A stretch of 64,000 bases of DNA from the human T2T-CHM13v2.0 reference genome, Homo sapiens, in the NCBI RefSeq assembly GCF_009914755.1, contig NC_060934.1; one strand, 5' to 3'. A program made the position numbers and the translations under genes. Position 1 is the stretch's first letter, and each line of letters opens with the position of its first letter. This document shows positions 13,380 through 28,403 of the stretch, piece by piece. The notes under the pieces are model-generated. The model was not told where the DNA came from. It searched no databases and saw only the letters and a list, made by a program, of their open reading frames with translations.

Positions 13380-13919
13380 TTATTATAGAACAGACTCCCC
13401 TCTTTCTACACAGAAATTGATAATTCAGAAGAATTTCGAATTACTAAGAAAAACTTAAGGCCAATAGACTCAAGGATGGGGAAAAGGTAGATGCTTAACT
13501 AAATTCCTTTACTTGGGTCATTTGGAGGTCAGGATGAATTGATTTGTTATATTTGTCTTTAAACCCTGCCTCTTTCTGCTTCTCACATTGCCTTACATTT
13601 TCTGTCCTTGTGCTTTGTGTGGCTGCTGAGAATGAATGTGTTTAGTTGATAATTTGACTAAATGATTCTTTCTTGAACATTATTAATCAACAATGCCAGG
13701 TTTCTTGGTACAAGGACTTAACCTACCAAGATCCTCGTTGAACTCTTTGAAAGGCAGGCTGTCATGGTTGTTGAAGGTGATTGAAGAAGAAAACCTGGCC
13801 ATCAGAAATGCTCCAGTGTGGTATGCAAGAAATATAAAGAACTAACTAGTAGGAGTAGAAATAGTAGAATGAACTAAGGCACAGGTCAACTTGTTACGCT
13901 GATTAAGTGTGAAGTACAT

Positions 13920-14350
13920 TGCTTTTTTTTCTTTCTAGCATTTGTGTTTTGGAGGAATTGTTCCTCCTCCACTCTATGTCATTCTGGTGGGACGGCCAAT
14001 CATGGGACTTCAACCATGACCTTTAAGGAGTGGGATAGGTGGTAGGCACTTCGCCCAAACTAGGCCAATCAACATCGTCTTTTGGAAGTTTGAAACTTTA
14101 GGGTTTATCCTCAGCTAGAAGATGTATGGAGTGGGTCATCTGGTGGTTGGAGCCAAAAGCAACCGTCCCTGAATTTCTGCTCTACAAGTGTCTGCAGTGA
14201 CCCTGCCTCCTGTCCTTCCTGTGGCTGTGGTGTTTGGTTATTCCTTTACAACTCTGAACTACCCCAGAATGTTTCCAATAAACCTCTCTTTCTTATTTAA
14301 TATAGCAAGATCAAGACCATCGTTTATCATTTAAAAACCCAACGGATACT
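13920..14350 (+). mobile_element. Ancient ERVL/MaLR-class LTR, subfamily uncertain
   Basis: GGCCAATCA motifs, CAATAAACCTCTCTTT poly-A signal, LTR-like 3' end. Confidence 0.4.
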
Positions 14351-14559
14351 TTCAGGTATAACAGCAGTTTCTGGAAGAAATTAAATTTATTGCCTAAGAG
14401 AGAAGGAAACTAAGCAGTACTGTGCTTCTAAATTGTCAGCAGTTGATCTACAGGCCTGCGCTTGGCATTCTGCCATCTTCCGTTCCATATCATGTTGTCT
14501 TTGCAGCTCCAGAGCTCAGTCATTGTGATTAGAGGCTAGTAAGGCAGTGAGGGGTAGCA

Positions 14560-14829
14560 CAGTGTTTCACAAAATATATTCTGAGAAACATTAAATGCTT
14601 GAAAAACTCTGTAAACAAACAAACAGCAAGTCACCTTGTATGTGCTTTTTGGAGATTTACAGTGCTCATAAACATAGCAAAGACTCCGATGAGTTGTGTG
14701 GGAAAGAAAATTGTTTAACTTTAACCCACCATTTTCAAAACCTTTTGACTGTAGAACCCTTATCTCACAGAATGCCTCTTAATATCTCTTGGGATGAGGA
14801 CTTTGTGAAACACATTTGGGGAAACACGG
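14560..14829. mobile_element. Non-autonomous hAT-Charlie-type DNA transposon
   Basis: Terminal inverted repeats CAGTGTTTCACAAA ... TTTGGGGAAACACGG. Confidence 0.6.
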
Positions 14830-14986
14830 GAGTGCAGGAATTGGAAAACCCAGGTTTTGGATATTTAAATGTAATACCTATTTGGCAGAGTGTCAACAAA
14901 TAAATGTTACTTTATTGTCTTATTTGCCAAAATAGTATTTCATGTTTAATTGTATGATTAAAAAATAATTTGTGGTATTTTACTAC

Positions 14987-16164
14987 AAAGACATCCCATG
15001 TTCATGGATTGGAAGAATTAATATGTTAAAATATCAATATTACTCAAAGAGATCTACAGATTCAATGCAATTTCTATCAAAATTTCATTAACATTTTTAA
15101 TATAAATAGAAAAAAATCCTAAAATCTGTATGGATCCGCAAAAGACCCTGAGTAGCCAAAGCAATTGAGCAAAAATAAGAAAGCTGGAGACATCACACTA
15201 CTTGATGTCCAAATATACTTTGAAGCTATAGTAATCAAAATAGTATGGCATATAAACAATATAGACCAATTTCATATAGACCAGTAGAGGAGAATGGAGA
15301 GCCCAGAAATAAATACACACATTTATTGCCAATTGATCTTCAACAAAGGTGTCAGGAATACACAATGGGGAAAGGATAGTCTTTTTCCATAACAGTGTTG
15401 GGATAACTAAATATCATAATGCAAAAGAATGAAATTGGACTCTTATCTCAAACCATATCCAAGAATCAACTTAAAATGGATTAAAGACTTAGGCATACTG
15501 TAGAAAAAAGCTTTTTGACATTGGTCTGTGCAGTACATTTTTGGATATGACCACAAAAGCACAGGCAGCAAAATCAAAAATAGACAAATGCCATTGCATC
15601 AAACTAAAAAGCATCTGCACAGCAAAAGAAGCAATAAACAAAATGAAAAGGCTACCTATAGAATAGGAGAACATATTTGTAAGCCATATATCTGATCAGG
15701 GTTAATATCCAAAATATATAAGGAACACAAAAAACTCAATAGGCATTTCCCAAAAGAAGATATGTAAATTACCAATAAGTGTGTGAAAAAGTGCTCAATA
15801 TCACTAATTATCAGGGAAATGCAAATTAAAACCGCGATGAGTTATCATCTCATACCTGTAAGGATGGCTATTATCAAAAAAATGAAAAATAAGTGTTGAT
15901 GAGGATGTGGAGAAAAGGGAACTCTCATACACTGTTGATGGAGATGTAAGTTAATACAGTCATGGAAAACAGTATAGAGGTTCCTCAAGAAATGAAAAAT
16001 AGAACTACCACATGATCCAGCAATCCCACTACTGGGTATATATTCCAAGGAAATGAAATCAATGTGTTGAAGAGATATCTGTGCTCCCATGTTCATTGTA
16101 GCATTAGCCAAGATATGGAGTCAACCTAAGTGTCCATTGATGGATGGATGGGTAAAGAAAATGT

Positions 16165-16206
<42 letters not shown>

Positions 16207-16713
16207 AATACTATTTAGCCATAAAAGAGAAGAAAATCCTGTCAATTGTGACAGCATGAATGAACCTGGAAGCCATCGCTAAGTGAAATAAGCCAAGAAC
16301 AGAGACATACTGCATGATCTCGCTTATATGTGCAACCTAAAAAGTTGAACACATGGAGTTACAGAGTGGAATGGTAGTTGCCAGGAGCTGGGGTAGGGGT
16401 GGAATGGGGAGATGATGGTTAAAGGATACAAAGTTTCAGTTATGCAAAATGAATAAGTTCCGGAGATCTAATGTACAGCATGGTAATTATAGTTAATACT
16501 GTATTGTACACTTGAGATCTGTTGAGAGTAGATTTTAAGTGTTTTTACCACACACAGTCACAAAAGGTAGTTATGTGAGGTGATGGATATGTTAATTAGC
16601 TTGATTGTGGTAATCATTTCACAAAGTATGTGTATATCAAAACATCACATTGTACATCTTTAATATATGTAATTTTTATTTTTATTTGTTAATTATACTT
16701 CAATCTGAATAAA
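14987..16713 (+). mobile_element. L1MA (L1MA8/9-like) 3' ORF2 and 3'UTR
   Basis: AAAGACATCCCATGTTCATGGATTGGAAGAATTAAT; 3'UTR GTGAGGTGATGGATATGTTAATTAGCTTGATTGTGG. Confidence 0.88.
16166..16204. repeat. (CA)n microsatellite
   Basis: Direct reading. Confidence 0.95.
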
Positions 16714-17239
16714 GAATAATGAGATCCTTTCTTACGAAAACAATATATTCTTGTGAAGCATTTTTTTCAAGGATTTGAGAATTGTGATTTGAAATTATCA
16801 ATTTTTGTACCATTGCAATTAAAATTTTTTTATTTTGACTTTAATTTCTATAGGAAATAAATCTATATAAGATAATGATTAAACATCAGGTTAGAAGGAC
16901 TCAAGATTTCCCATGTATTTATTTTAGTTTGGTCATATTGGTGACATCAAAGCTGAAAGAGAGGGTGAGAGGGAGGGAGAGAGAGAAAGAAGGAGAGAGA
17001 GAGAGAGAGAATAGTAGTTAGAAATACAGTTGTTGACTCACCACATGGGAAAAGCTGCATCAGAGAGTTACCAGAACCCACAGTTGGCTTTGTTTGAGTG
17101 AAAAATAACTTTTATGTGTTTAAGCCTGTGAGATTTTGGATTAATATGTCACTGAAGCATCACTTTGCCTAATATGACTAATGCAGGTGGCATTGGTAAT
17201 TGTAGTCATTACAGATAATACAAGAAAGCCAGTAAAGAA

Positions 17240-17460
17240 ATAGTTAACCCTTATTGAGCATTTATTCTCCAGGCTTCATGATATGTACTTTCATGAATTA
17301 TCTTGTTCAACCTTCACAGCAACCCACTTAATAAATGAGGATGCTGAGGCACAGAGAAATTTAATAACTCTCCCAGGGTCACAGACTTCATAAAGTTTAG
17401 AGTTGGCATTCAAACCTACATTTGATCTGATAACAAAGCTCAATGACTTTCTGACTATAG
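17240..17460 (-). mobile_element. MIR
   Basis: TGAGGATGCTGAGGCACAGAGAAATTTAATAACTCTCCCAGGGTCACA. Confidence 0.8.
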
Positions 17461-17836
17461 AGTAATTTAGTTTATTCACATAATTATAACTTTCTAAGAA
17501 TGTAAAAGTGAACTTGGTTCTAAGGTATCAAGTGTAATATTTTTTAGAGGAGCATGGTGGATTTTGGCTTCTTGGAAATTTCTTGGTATTTAATGAAAAC
17601 ATTCTGTATTTCCTTTGATGCAAAAGGGGAAATTTTTGGTTCATGTGACCCGCTTTGTTTTTATATTACCCATATGTTGGGCACAGACTAGAGTTAGAGC
17701 AAAGTCCTCTTAGGATTTAGGAATGTTGATGTGATTAGTATGTCATGATTTAACGGTGGTGACAGCAAAGAACAAAACAGGCTAATAAATTAAGTTTCAT
17801 TTGTATGTCTTCTGGGAAAGACAGTTTGTCAGGTTA

Positions 17837-18149
<313 letters not shown>

Positions 18150-18766
18150 TTAAGTAAGATTCTGTCCTTTGGTTGCCCATGAAGTTAGGAACTGAGCCTG
18201 GCTCTTCACTACAAGGATCAAATTCCTAAGTTCTGGCCTCACTCATCCATCATTTCTTTGACTCCTTAGGGAGCCATAATTTTAAAGAAGATAAAATCTA
18301 TTACTTTAAACATTTATTCTTGATAGTAAAAATCCAACCAAGACCTTAATTAATTAACTAGTAAATTAATCAATTAATTTACTATACCTCATTAAAGATA
18401 CTAGTTGGTAGGGGTTGCTTTTGGGACATTTCATTATATTTTTGTTTTAGAAATATAAGAAATACTGATTCTTCAGGGCTCCCGAAGAAGTGGCTGATTC
18501 TAGCCTGGGGGCAGTAAAAATGCTAAGTGAAATGGGACATCTTGTTGGGCAAGAAAGTCAGGGAAATGCTCAAAGACTGATGGGGATGTGTCAAAAGAAT
18601 ATTCAAGGCAATATGACAATCCTCTTATTGACCACAATGGGGGACTATTTAAACATAAGAAAGAATAATGACTATGACTAATTGAAGAGAAGAGAGGGAG
18701 GACTTACTTGCTACTATTGCAGATGCTATTATAGTAATGTTTTACTCTAAAATTGACCATCAGAAG

Positions 18767-19140
18767 TGTATTATTCCATTCTCACGCTGCTATAAAGAAA
18801 TACCTGAGACTGGATAATTTATAAAGAAAAGAGGTTTAATTGACTCACAGTTCCTTGTGGCTGAGGAAGCCTCAGGAAACTTACAATTATGGTGGAAGGT
18901 GAAGCAGAAGCAGGTACCTTGTTTACAGTGAACAGGAAGGAGAAGTGAGTGCAAGCAGGGGAAATGCCAGACATTTATAAAACCATCAGATCTCGTGAGA
19001 ACTCACTATCACGAGAACAGCCTGGGGGAAACTCCCTCCATGATCCAGTCACTTCCCACCAGGTCCCTCCATGACACATGGGATTATGAGGGTTGCAATT
19101 CAAGATGAGATTTGGGTGGGGACACAGCCAAACCATATCA
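18767..19140 (-). mobile_element. THE1C/D-like MaLR solo LTR
   Basis: TGTATT...CCAAACCATATCA ends, 374 bp; 5-bp TSD AGAAG on both sides. Confidence 0.93.
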
Positions 19141-19926
19141 AGAAGGGAAATATTAAGTATTTGCCCTGCCTTTTTAGGAGGACCAAGAATTCTTTCAGCT
19201 ACAGAGAGAAAGCTCCCCTTTAAGGGAGAATGCCAGCTCATACATTTGACATGGTTGCAAATAGAAAGTCACTGTTTTGCAGCCTTAAAAAATACTTTTT
19301 TAGTGTCAAGAATCATCAATGGATGCTAAAACCTTTAAGTGAAAAAGTTTGTCAAACAAGATATTCACATAATACAAAGGTCTCAACCCACATTCATACT
19401 CACTGCTAAGGGAAAAATGTAATTTTAAAATAGAAGCATCTTGTGGTCTCCATCTTTACTGAGTGATCAAAATTCTCATCACTAAGAATAGGACAATCTG
19501 ATATATTTCTCCTGATGTGACAAAATACAAAGTATACAACATCATGCATGCAATATTTTAATAAAAAATGTTTAACTAGAATCTAACCATGCTTCTAGTC
19601 CTGACCTAACTTCTAATTTACAGAAAAAAAGATGATATAAAATGAGTTCAATGATATTGCTAGAAAGTGTTCAAATTCAGAATATAGAACATTCTATAAG
19701 ACAGTGAGTCTGGGTTTTTTCCTCCAAAAAAGTCAATGTCTTAAAAAAGAAATTAAAAAAGACTAGAGACATAACAGAATAGACTGCATGAACTTTGATT
19801 AGATCTTCATTTTAACAAAAGGTTTTGTTTCAACAAAAGCTATAACATGATCTTTGGGTAATTATGAATGCTTTCAAGAATTATTGTTACTTTTCTTGAA
19901 CATAATATGGTACTGTGGTTATGTAG

Positions 19927-20485
<559 letters not shown>

Positions 20486-20544
20486 TGATTATGTTTAAGG
20501 AATCCTGACCTTTATAAAGATCTTAACTTAAGGAGCAATTCATT

Positions 20545-20790
20545 CTAGAAGCAGTGTAATCCAGGTTAAGACCTTGGTCTAGGTTCAAATTCTGACTCCT
20601 CTATTTTTTTTTGCCATCAAATTCCTTAAACATTCTCAGCCTCAGTTTCCATATCTGTAAAATAGGGACAGTAATAATACCTACCTCAGGGGGAGATTGA
20701 GTTAACTAAGATAAAATATGTAAAGTGTTTAGAACAGTGCCTGGCACATAGCATATGCTAAATGAGTATTCATTATTGTTATTTTCATAA
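20545..20790 (+). mobile_element. MIR
   Basis: CCTCAGTTTCCATATCTGTAAAATAGGG...AGAACAGTGCCTGGCACATAG. Confidence 0.85.
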
Positions 20791-21223
20791 TTATGGTCTA
20801 GGCTGGTTCCACTAACCACCAGGGAGCTAGGGAGCTGTCATACCAGTCCCAGGCTTTTTCACTCTGCACATTTTCCCACCTGAGTGCCCTTTGCTTTGGA
20901 TCTTTGTTATAGCTGAGCTGCTATCTGATACGGTAAGTCATCTCAGAGGCTATTGTGAAACCAAGAATGATTGGGAAATCACAAGTTGGGAGATTGAAAT
21001 CTGTAGATGAGAGAGAAGCAGGAATCTCACCTCTGTGCTAAGGGAAGCTCCATGATCCTCTGCCCTATGAGGCTTCAGACCCACATGAAGGGACTAGGTG
21101 AGAGCTAAGGGAGCATCCCGATTGCAAAGGTCACAGCTGGCTCTGGCAATCTTCTCTGAGAAACAGCCCTGAAAAAGGGACAGTGCACCTAATGGATAGC
21201 TGACTGAAGGATGCAGGTAGAAC

Positions 21224-21423
21224 TGCCTTAGTCCGCTTGCATTGCCATCAAGGAATGTCTGTGGCTGGGCAATTTGTAAGGAAAAGAAATTTATTTGGCT
21301 TACAGTTCTATAGGCTGTAGAAGCAGCATGGTGCCAGCATCTGCATCTGGGAAGGAACTCAGGCTGCTTCCACTCATGGCAGAAGGTGAAGGGGAGCAGA
21401 CATCATGTGGTGAGAGAGAAAGC

Positions 21424-21461
<38 letters not shown>

Positions 21462-21663
21462 GGAGGTGCCAGGCTCTTTTAAACAATCAGCTCTTGTGGA
21501 TCTAATGGAATGAGAACTCATTAATTACTGTGGGAATGGCACCAAGCTATTCAGGAGGGATCGGTCTGCATGACCCAAACACCTTCCACCAGGCCCCACT
21601 TCCAACATTGTGGATCAAATTTCAACATGAGATTTGGAGGGAACGAATATCCAAACTATAGCA
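21224..21663 (-). mobile_element. MSTB-like MaLR solo LTR
   Basis: TGCCTTAGTCC...ATCCAAACTATAGCA; GAAC on both flanks; internal GA repeat. Confidence 0.85.
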
Positions 21664-22333
21664 GAACCCCAGAGGCTTGGAGGATCACAGGGCAGTCCGG
21701 ACAGGGCACTCAGGGAGAAAGAATCATTTACACAGTAAACTCCCAGTGTCAGGATGGCTTGGACCCCTTGTGGTTTGTTTGCCTGTCGACTTCCCTGTGT
21801 GAAATTCAGAAAGCACCTTATCAAGCAGCCTCTGAGGAAGTGCACCTCTCCTGTTCTCTTTCTGGGGCATTTTAAGACCCTCATTCTAATGCTGTCCCGA
21901 TGAATGTTCATTGGAAATATACTTGAGGTAGTACTAGTTAATAATGAAACTTTTTAGTCTTTCTTAAGTAATTTGAGAAACCTGCATATAGAGGAGGAGA
22001 GGTGTACAGGAGTTTCTGTCTCAAGAACAATTTTATGCTTCAAAAAAGCGTTTTTTAAAAATCATGGTTTAGCATTGAATGCAGCTTCAATTTTCTCTTG
22101 TAAGATCATGCCAAAGATAGGCTTTATAATTCAAATTTTCACTTAATGCAAATTTTTCTGGGACAGAGAGAAAATACCTAAATTAAGAGAGAGCCATGTT
22201 AATCCTTATTTTAAGTTTTTCACTAGTATAGTTGGTGATATGACAAAGCCTGAAGGCCAAATAGATTGTGTGTGAACTTGGGTAAATTGTTTAGACTCTG
22301 TGAGGCTCAGTTTCTCCACACATCAAAGCATGC

Positions 22334-22683
<350 letters not shown>

Positions 22684-23629
22684 TCATAGAGCTGCTACAG
22701 TGTCTGTTCAAGCCTTTTTTTTCCTCCTAAAAATTCCTCTCTTCTATACTGTAGCTTGCCCAGTGGAAAGGGTTGACTTTATTTATGCCACCGGCTATGC
22801 TGTCCAGCTCCCATGTTAGTATTTCAACATGTATCATTTATGTCAGAAAGGATCATCACTTAGGACGTACCAAATTTCCACCAGAATTCTAGGTCCTTGC
22901 TGGAATACACAAGTGGCATGCTGGCTCTTAAGAAACCAACAATCTGACAAGGAAAAGAAAACCTCTGAGAGCATCATGCTTCTACTTTTTCCCCATAAAT
23001 CTATCTATATTGTATGTGTCGGATAAGGATCTTTCAGGAAGGCTTAGAGAGAGGGACAGACTCTGTTTCTTTTTTTTCTCTGCCTCTTTATTCCTTTCTA
23101 TTTCTTGTCTCTATCTGTGTTTGAATCCCTGTGTTGCATTTCCAGTAATATTCCCCTTTTGAAACATTTGTTCATTTCCATAAAGTTGTTCTGAAACTGT
23201 GAGACTTTCAGTTCCTATTTTATATAAGCTGCAGCCAGTATTCATATAAGTTTCCAGTCACTCCTGAAGGAGATAATTTAAAAAAAAAAGTACCTGGAAG
23301 CTGGGAAAAGAAAAGGGAAGTAAACCAGGTGGCAAAGCAGGAGCAGGAGTTTTTGCAGTGCAGCCTTGGGGAAGAGCCAGGAGGGCAAGCCAAGTTACAC
23401 TTGAGTCAGAGAGGTGCTCCTACCTGTGAGTGGAGGGAGGGGAACTGCTGGAGACAGGGCTTGGGGTCCTGTGACCTTCTGGTATGCTTCCAGCTTGAAA
23501 CTATCACCTGGAGTGTGAAGGTTGTATGATCTAGAGCATGGGTGGGAAATCTGAGAAACACCAATTCAATTATAGGAAAAGCTAAATAATTTATCTATAA
23601 GGTGTACTCAAAGATTCTTTATTATTCAG

Positions 23630-24037
23630 AAGTGGAAGCTGGTCTTCTACTCAATACCAGCTTCCTCATCGTCCTTACTGGCAAAATCTCTTTGATGGGG
23701 AAGGCAATGTGCCAACTAAAAACTGCATTACCCAGCCTTTTTTGCAGATGTGGTGGACATGTGACTAATTTTGGCCAATGGATATAGGTTGAAGTCACTG
23801 AATGGGAGCTTCATGGAAAGTACCTTTAAAAGGGGGCTAACTCAGCCTGCAAGCCCCTCTTCCCTTTCCTGTTTTCCATCTGAAATTGAATTGTGGTGGT
23901 TGGATTTGTAATGGCCATTTTGCAGCCATGGTGCAAACCATGGTAGGGCTGTGAGGCTAGAAGACATGTACTAAGGATGGTGGAGAAGAAAGATATGAGG
24001 CTGGGATGCTGATGGTGCCACAAAGCTACTGTATCAG
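23630..24037 (+). mobile_element. LTR33-like ERVL LTR (interrupted)
   Basis: GGCAATGTGCCAACTAAAAACTGCATTACCCAGCC...CATGTGACTAATTTTGGCCAATG. Confidence 0.65.
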
Positions 24038-24628
24038 TGTTAAAGAAAAAAATTCTGTCACTTGTTAATAAGGTGAGGAAGACTTTATTGAAGACTATTG
24101 TAATAGGAGTTGACTCTATTGCAATAGGGGAGAGAGATCAGTCTCAACTCTATATGAATAAAATACAATAAAGACAAGTGGGGGCTGGGTGTGGTGGCTC
24201 ATGCCTGTAATCCTAGTACTTTGGGAGGTCAAGGTGGTTGGATCACTTGAACCCAGGAATTTGAGACTAGCTTGGGCAATGTGCAAAACCCCATCTCTAC
24301 AAACAAAACAAAACAACAAAAAACAAGTGGGGATTTATAGCTAATGAGCAGAATGAGGGAGTCAGTGGCTGAAAAATTACTAGGAGTAATGTTTAAGGGT
24401 AGGGGGTAGATATTTGGTTAACTGACTTAATATTCTTGCTGAAGGCAGGCCAGGGTGATCACATATCAAGGATGGGGGAGTCTCTCTAAACAAACTTAGC
24501 AGTATTCTTGCTAAGACTGGGCAATGCAGGCCTGGCAAGTACAGGATCAGGTTCAAAGTTAAGGCCTAGTTGAGAAGAGGGCCCAGGGGAGTCTGACTGA
24601 AGTTTGGTGAAGGAGACAGTCTTTGTCA
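24038..24628 (-). mobile_element. MER31-like ERV1 solo LTR
   Basis: TG...CA ends (TGTTAAAG...CTTTGTCA); 4-bp TSD TCAG at 24034-24037 and 24629-24632. Confidence 0.75.
24183..24323 (+). mobile_element. Free left Alu monomer (FLAM_C-like)
   Basis: Single left arm plus A-rich tail; ACAAGTGGGG on both sides. Confidence 0.8.
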
Positions 24629-26108
24629 TCAGCCAGTGAATGCTTTCCTCTTCACATTTTTTCCCCCTTAATCTCTGAGGGCATCTTGAGACCTGGGAAG
24701 GTTAGGAACCCCCAGTTCTGAGTCATAAAATCATGCAGGCATTTAACTTTGAATCAAGGCACCAAACACTGAAAAAGTTAACTTTTTTCCTTCAAATTAG
24801 AATGGTTTCTGTTTTTTCAGGTTAGAAAAAACAATGATACTTGTTATAAAAAGAAATTTAAATGAAACTAAAATGCACAAAATTATAAGGGAGAATATCT
24901 TCTAATTCCACCCTCCATAGTAGCCCCTGCTGACTTGGTTTTAGTATTTTTCAAATTTTCCCCTTTTTTATATATACACATATAAGATATAAAATAATTT
25001 TAAAAATTCTTCATGACAGGCATGTTTTCTACAAAACAAAATTAATTTCTTTTTGCATCTTGCATCTTGGGAAAGACATTGTTATTGAAAAAAGATTGTA
25101 ACAATAAATAAATAAGATAAACTGTATAGTAACTATTATTACTATTAAAATATGTATAAAGTGTTGATAATCTTATTTCCCTGAGTATTTTAAACCTAAG
25201 TTCCTCACTGTTAGCAGATAACCTGGCCTGTTCTTCCACTGGGAAATAGAGGTCACCAGTGGAAACACTTTCAAGTTGTTCCTGCCCTCCCATCTGCCCA
25301 CAACCATACCACGTCATACCTCCTTCCATTTGGAATCAAAAGATATGTGCCCTCCACCCTCACACTGATCTCTTCCTCCCATTGCCTCTAGAAATTGCAT
25401 CATTCATTATTCTGTCATTCCTCGATCTTCACTTTCTCCTTCTCTATTAGCTCTTTTTCCATTCCACATATAAAAATATTCAACTCTCCTTTGTCTGAAG
25501 ATATGTACAAAGATTTTTTCCTGCCTTTGCGTCCATGGTAACTACTGTTCTTTCTCCTTTGTATCACAGCATCATACTTAAGAGTGTGGTCTATATTTGC
25601 AGTCTTCTTTTCTTCACTTTCCGTAGAACTCTAGCTTGTGTCTCCACTATGCAGATGATTTCCTATATGATTCATTCAGTAGATATTTTCTGGTTTTTAT
25701 TTCTGCAGCATCTGGTTTTGTTGGTTGCTCTCTCCTTCTTAAGGTGTTCTCTCTTTGTATTCACAACACCACATACTTTTATCTTTTACTTCTATACCCA
25801 TCTCTTTAGGGTATTCTCAGGTTCTATGTTTTTAATCCTCATTTCATGTCAGCACCAGAATTTTTATATAGGAATGGCTTCCTGACTTGGAAAAAGGAAG
25901 ATGATGGGTGAGTGGGTAGATGGGTCGAAGCCGTGTTTGCAAACATTTTGGCAAGCGATTGTCCTGTGAAAGACTAGGGTTATGGATCAATGAGAGTAAG
26001 GTAGGCCAAAGAGTCTTACCCTTAGTTGCACACCTAACCTTTCACAATTGACCAATCATAAGCTGATGACAGCTAAACGTCTAGAAAAGCAATTATATAC
26101 CCAAGACT

Positions 26109-26556
26109 GAAAGAGTTAATATGTGATAATAGGCACATATATTGAGCTAACTGCAAAATTAACAGAACACAGTATTTCTCCCAAGGTCTCATTGCAGCTG
26201 TAAAATGCTTTAACATCCCCTTTCTTTTGAGTGATTATTGCTTTTTTAGCAATGACTCTTAAGCTCCTCTCCGTTCCTTCTGCCTTCTGAACAAAGACTA
26301 CTGATATACCCAGTATACTATTGCCTTCACTTCATGACAGCTTTCAGTTCCAGTGAAGATCCCCATTTCTCCTAGTCTCTCTTAAAAATCATCAAGGAAA
26401 AGCCCTAACCCTGCAGAGTTTCTTCCTATACCTCGATCTAGATGCCCCAAGATTTCTCATGGTGTGCGTTCTCCCTTGTTACAGCAAGTTGAATACACCT
26501 AACATTGTTGAATTACTTTTGTGTTCCTGGTAATCTTTACTGGATTAGCTTTATTG
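26109..26556 (+). mobile_element. MER67-like ERV1 LTR within L2 sequence
   Basis: TGAAAGAGTTAAT start; GGTGTGCGTTCTCCCTTG...TGTGTTCCTGGT 3' block. Confidence 0.45.
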
Positions 26557-26665
26557 CTATAACTCTCATATAACTCTCATTCATAATTCATATTCCAACT
26601 ACCTAGTAAAGCAGTAGGCTTGAATAAAACACGTCCAAAATTGAACTCATCATTTTCTCCTCTAA

Positions 26666-27015
<350 letters not shown>

Positions 27016-27388
27016 ACATCTAGTTTTTTTAAGCCAAACATTTGGAAATCATTCTGACCGCTTTCTCTTCTTCATTTCATTTATCACCAAGTTCTGTTAA
27101 TTATATCACTTAGATATGTCTCAAACATATTTCTTATTCATCCTCATCATTCATGAGGAGATTCGCTCCTCATCAGCATGAGATTAGGTCTTTATCAGTT
27201 TACACCTAAACTTTCCTCCTTTGGTAAGAACTAGGATTCTGTTATTCTATATGAATAGTTTTTATTAAATACATACAACAGTCATTACACTCTCTCTGTA
27301 TGTGGATTAAAATACTCCCACTTTATGTTGAAGGCTAGTGTCTTATAGATATCAGTTACACAAGGAAGAAATGTAACTCTCAAATTAG

Positions 27389-27789
<401 letters not shown>

Positions 27790-28372
27790 TATTTTTTTTT
27801 TTTTTTGCTAAGTCAAGAAGTGGAGTTGCATAACACTTCTTTGATTTCCAAGGCAGGTATCTCAGATGGTGTATGTGGTAGAACAGCACCTGTGAGACCC
27901 AGGAGCAAATCTTCTAGGGAAGTATTTGAAACCTGAAAGTGACATGCCCAACAGACCATGATTCCAGTCTTTCAACATTCTTCATGTTGAATTCCCTTTT
28001 ATTACACCTTAGAATAAAGTTAGTTTATCTTCAAAGGCTCACTTAGGGTATAAGGAAGAGTTCGTATCTATTCCAGAGCCAGTCTATAAAAGGGATCTCA
28101 GTACCAGGAGTGGGTGTGGCGGGGGAGAAAGAAAGGGACCACCAAGCACCACTGGTTTAGCCTTAGGCGATTTTATTCTAGAGCTAAATCTTGGAGAGTT
28201 TGGAGTGAAGAGATTTAGGACTCTGTGATTGAAATCTTTCAATGAGCCCCTTCATTTTTGATTAGGATAAAGCAAGTCCTAGCCTACCTTATAAGGACTT
28301 TCATGTCCTACCTCAAGTGTATTTTTACCATTCCATTCTTCCAGACTCTCTTCATACATACACATGTGCATG

Positions 28373-28403
<31 letters not shown>

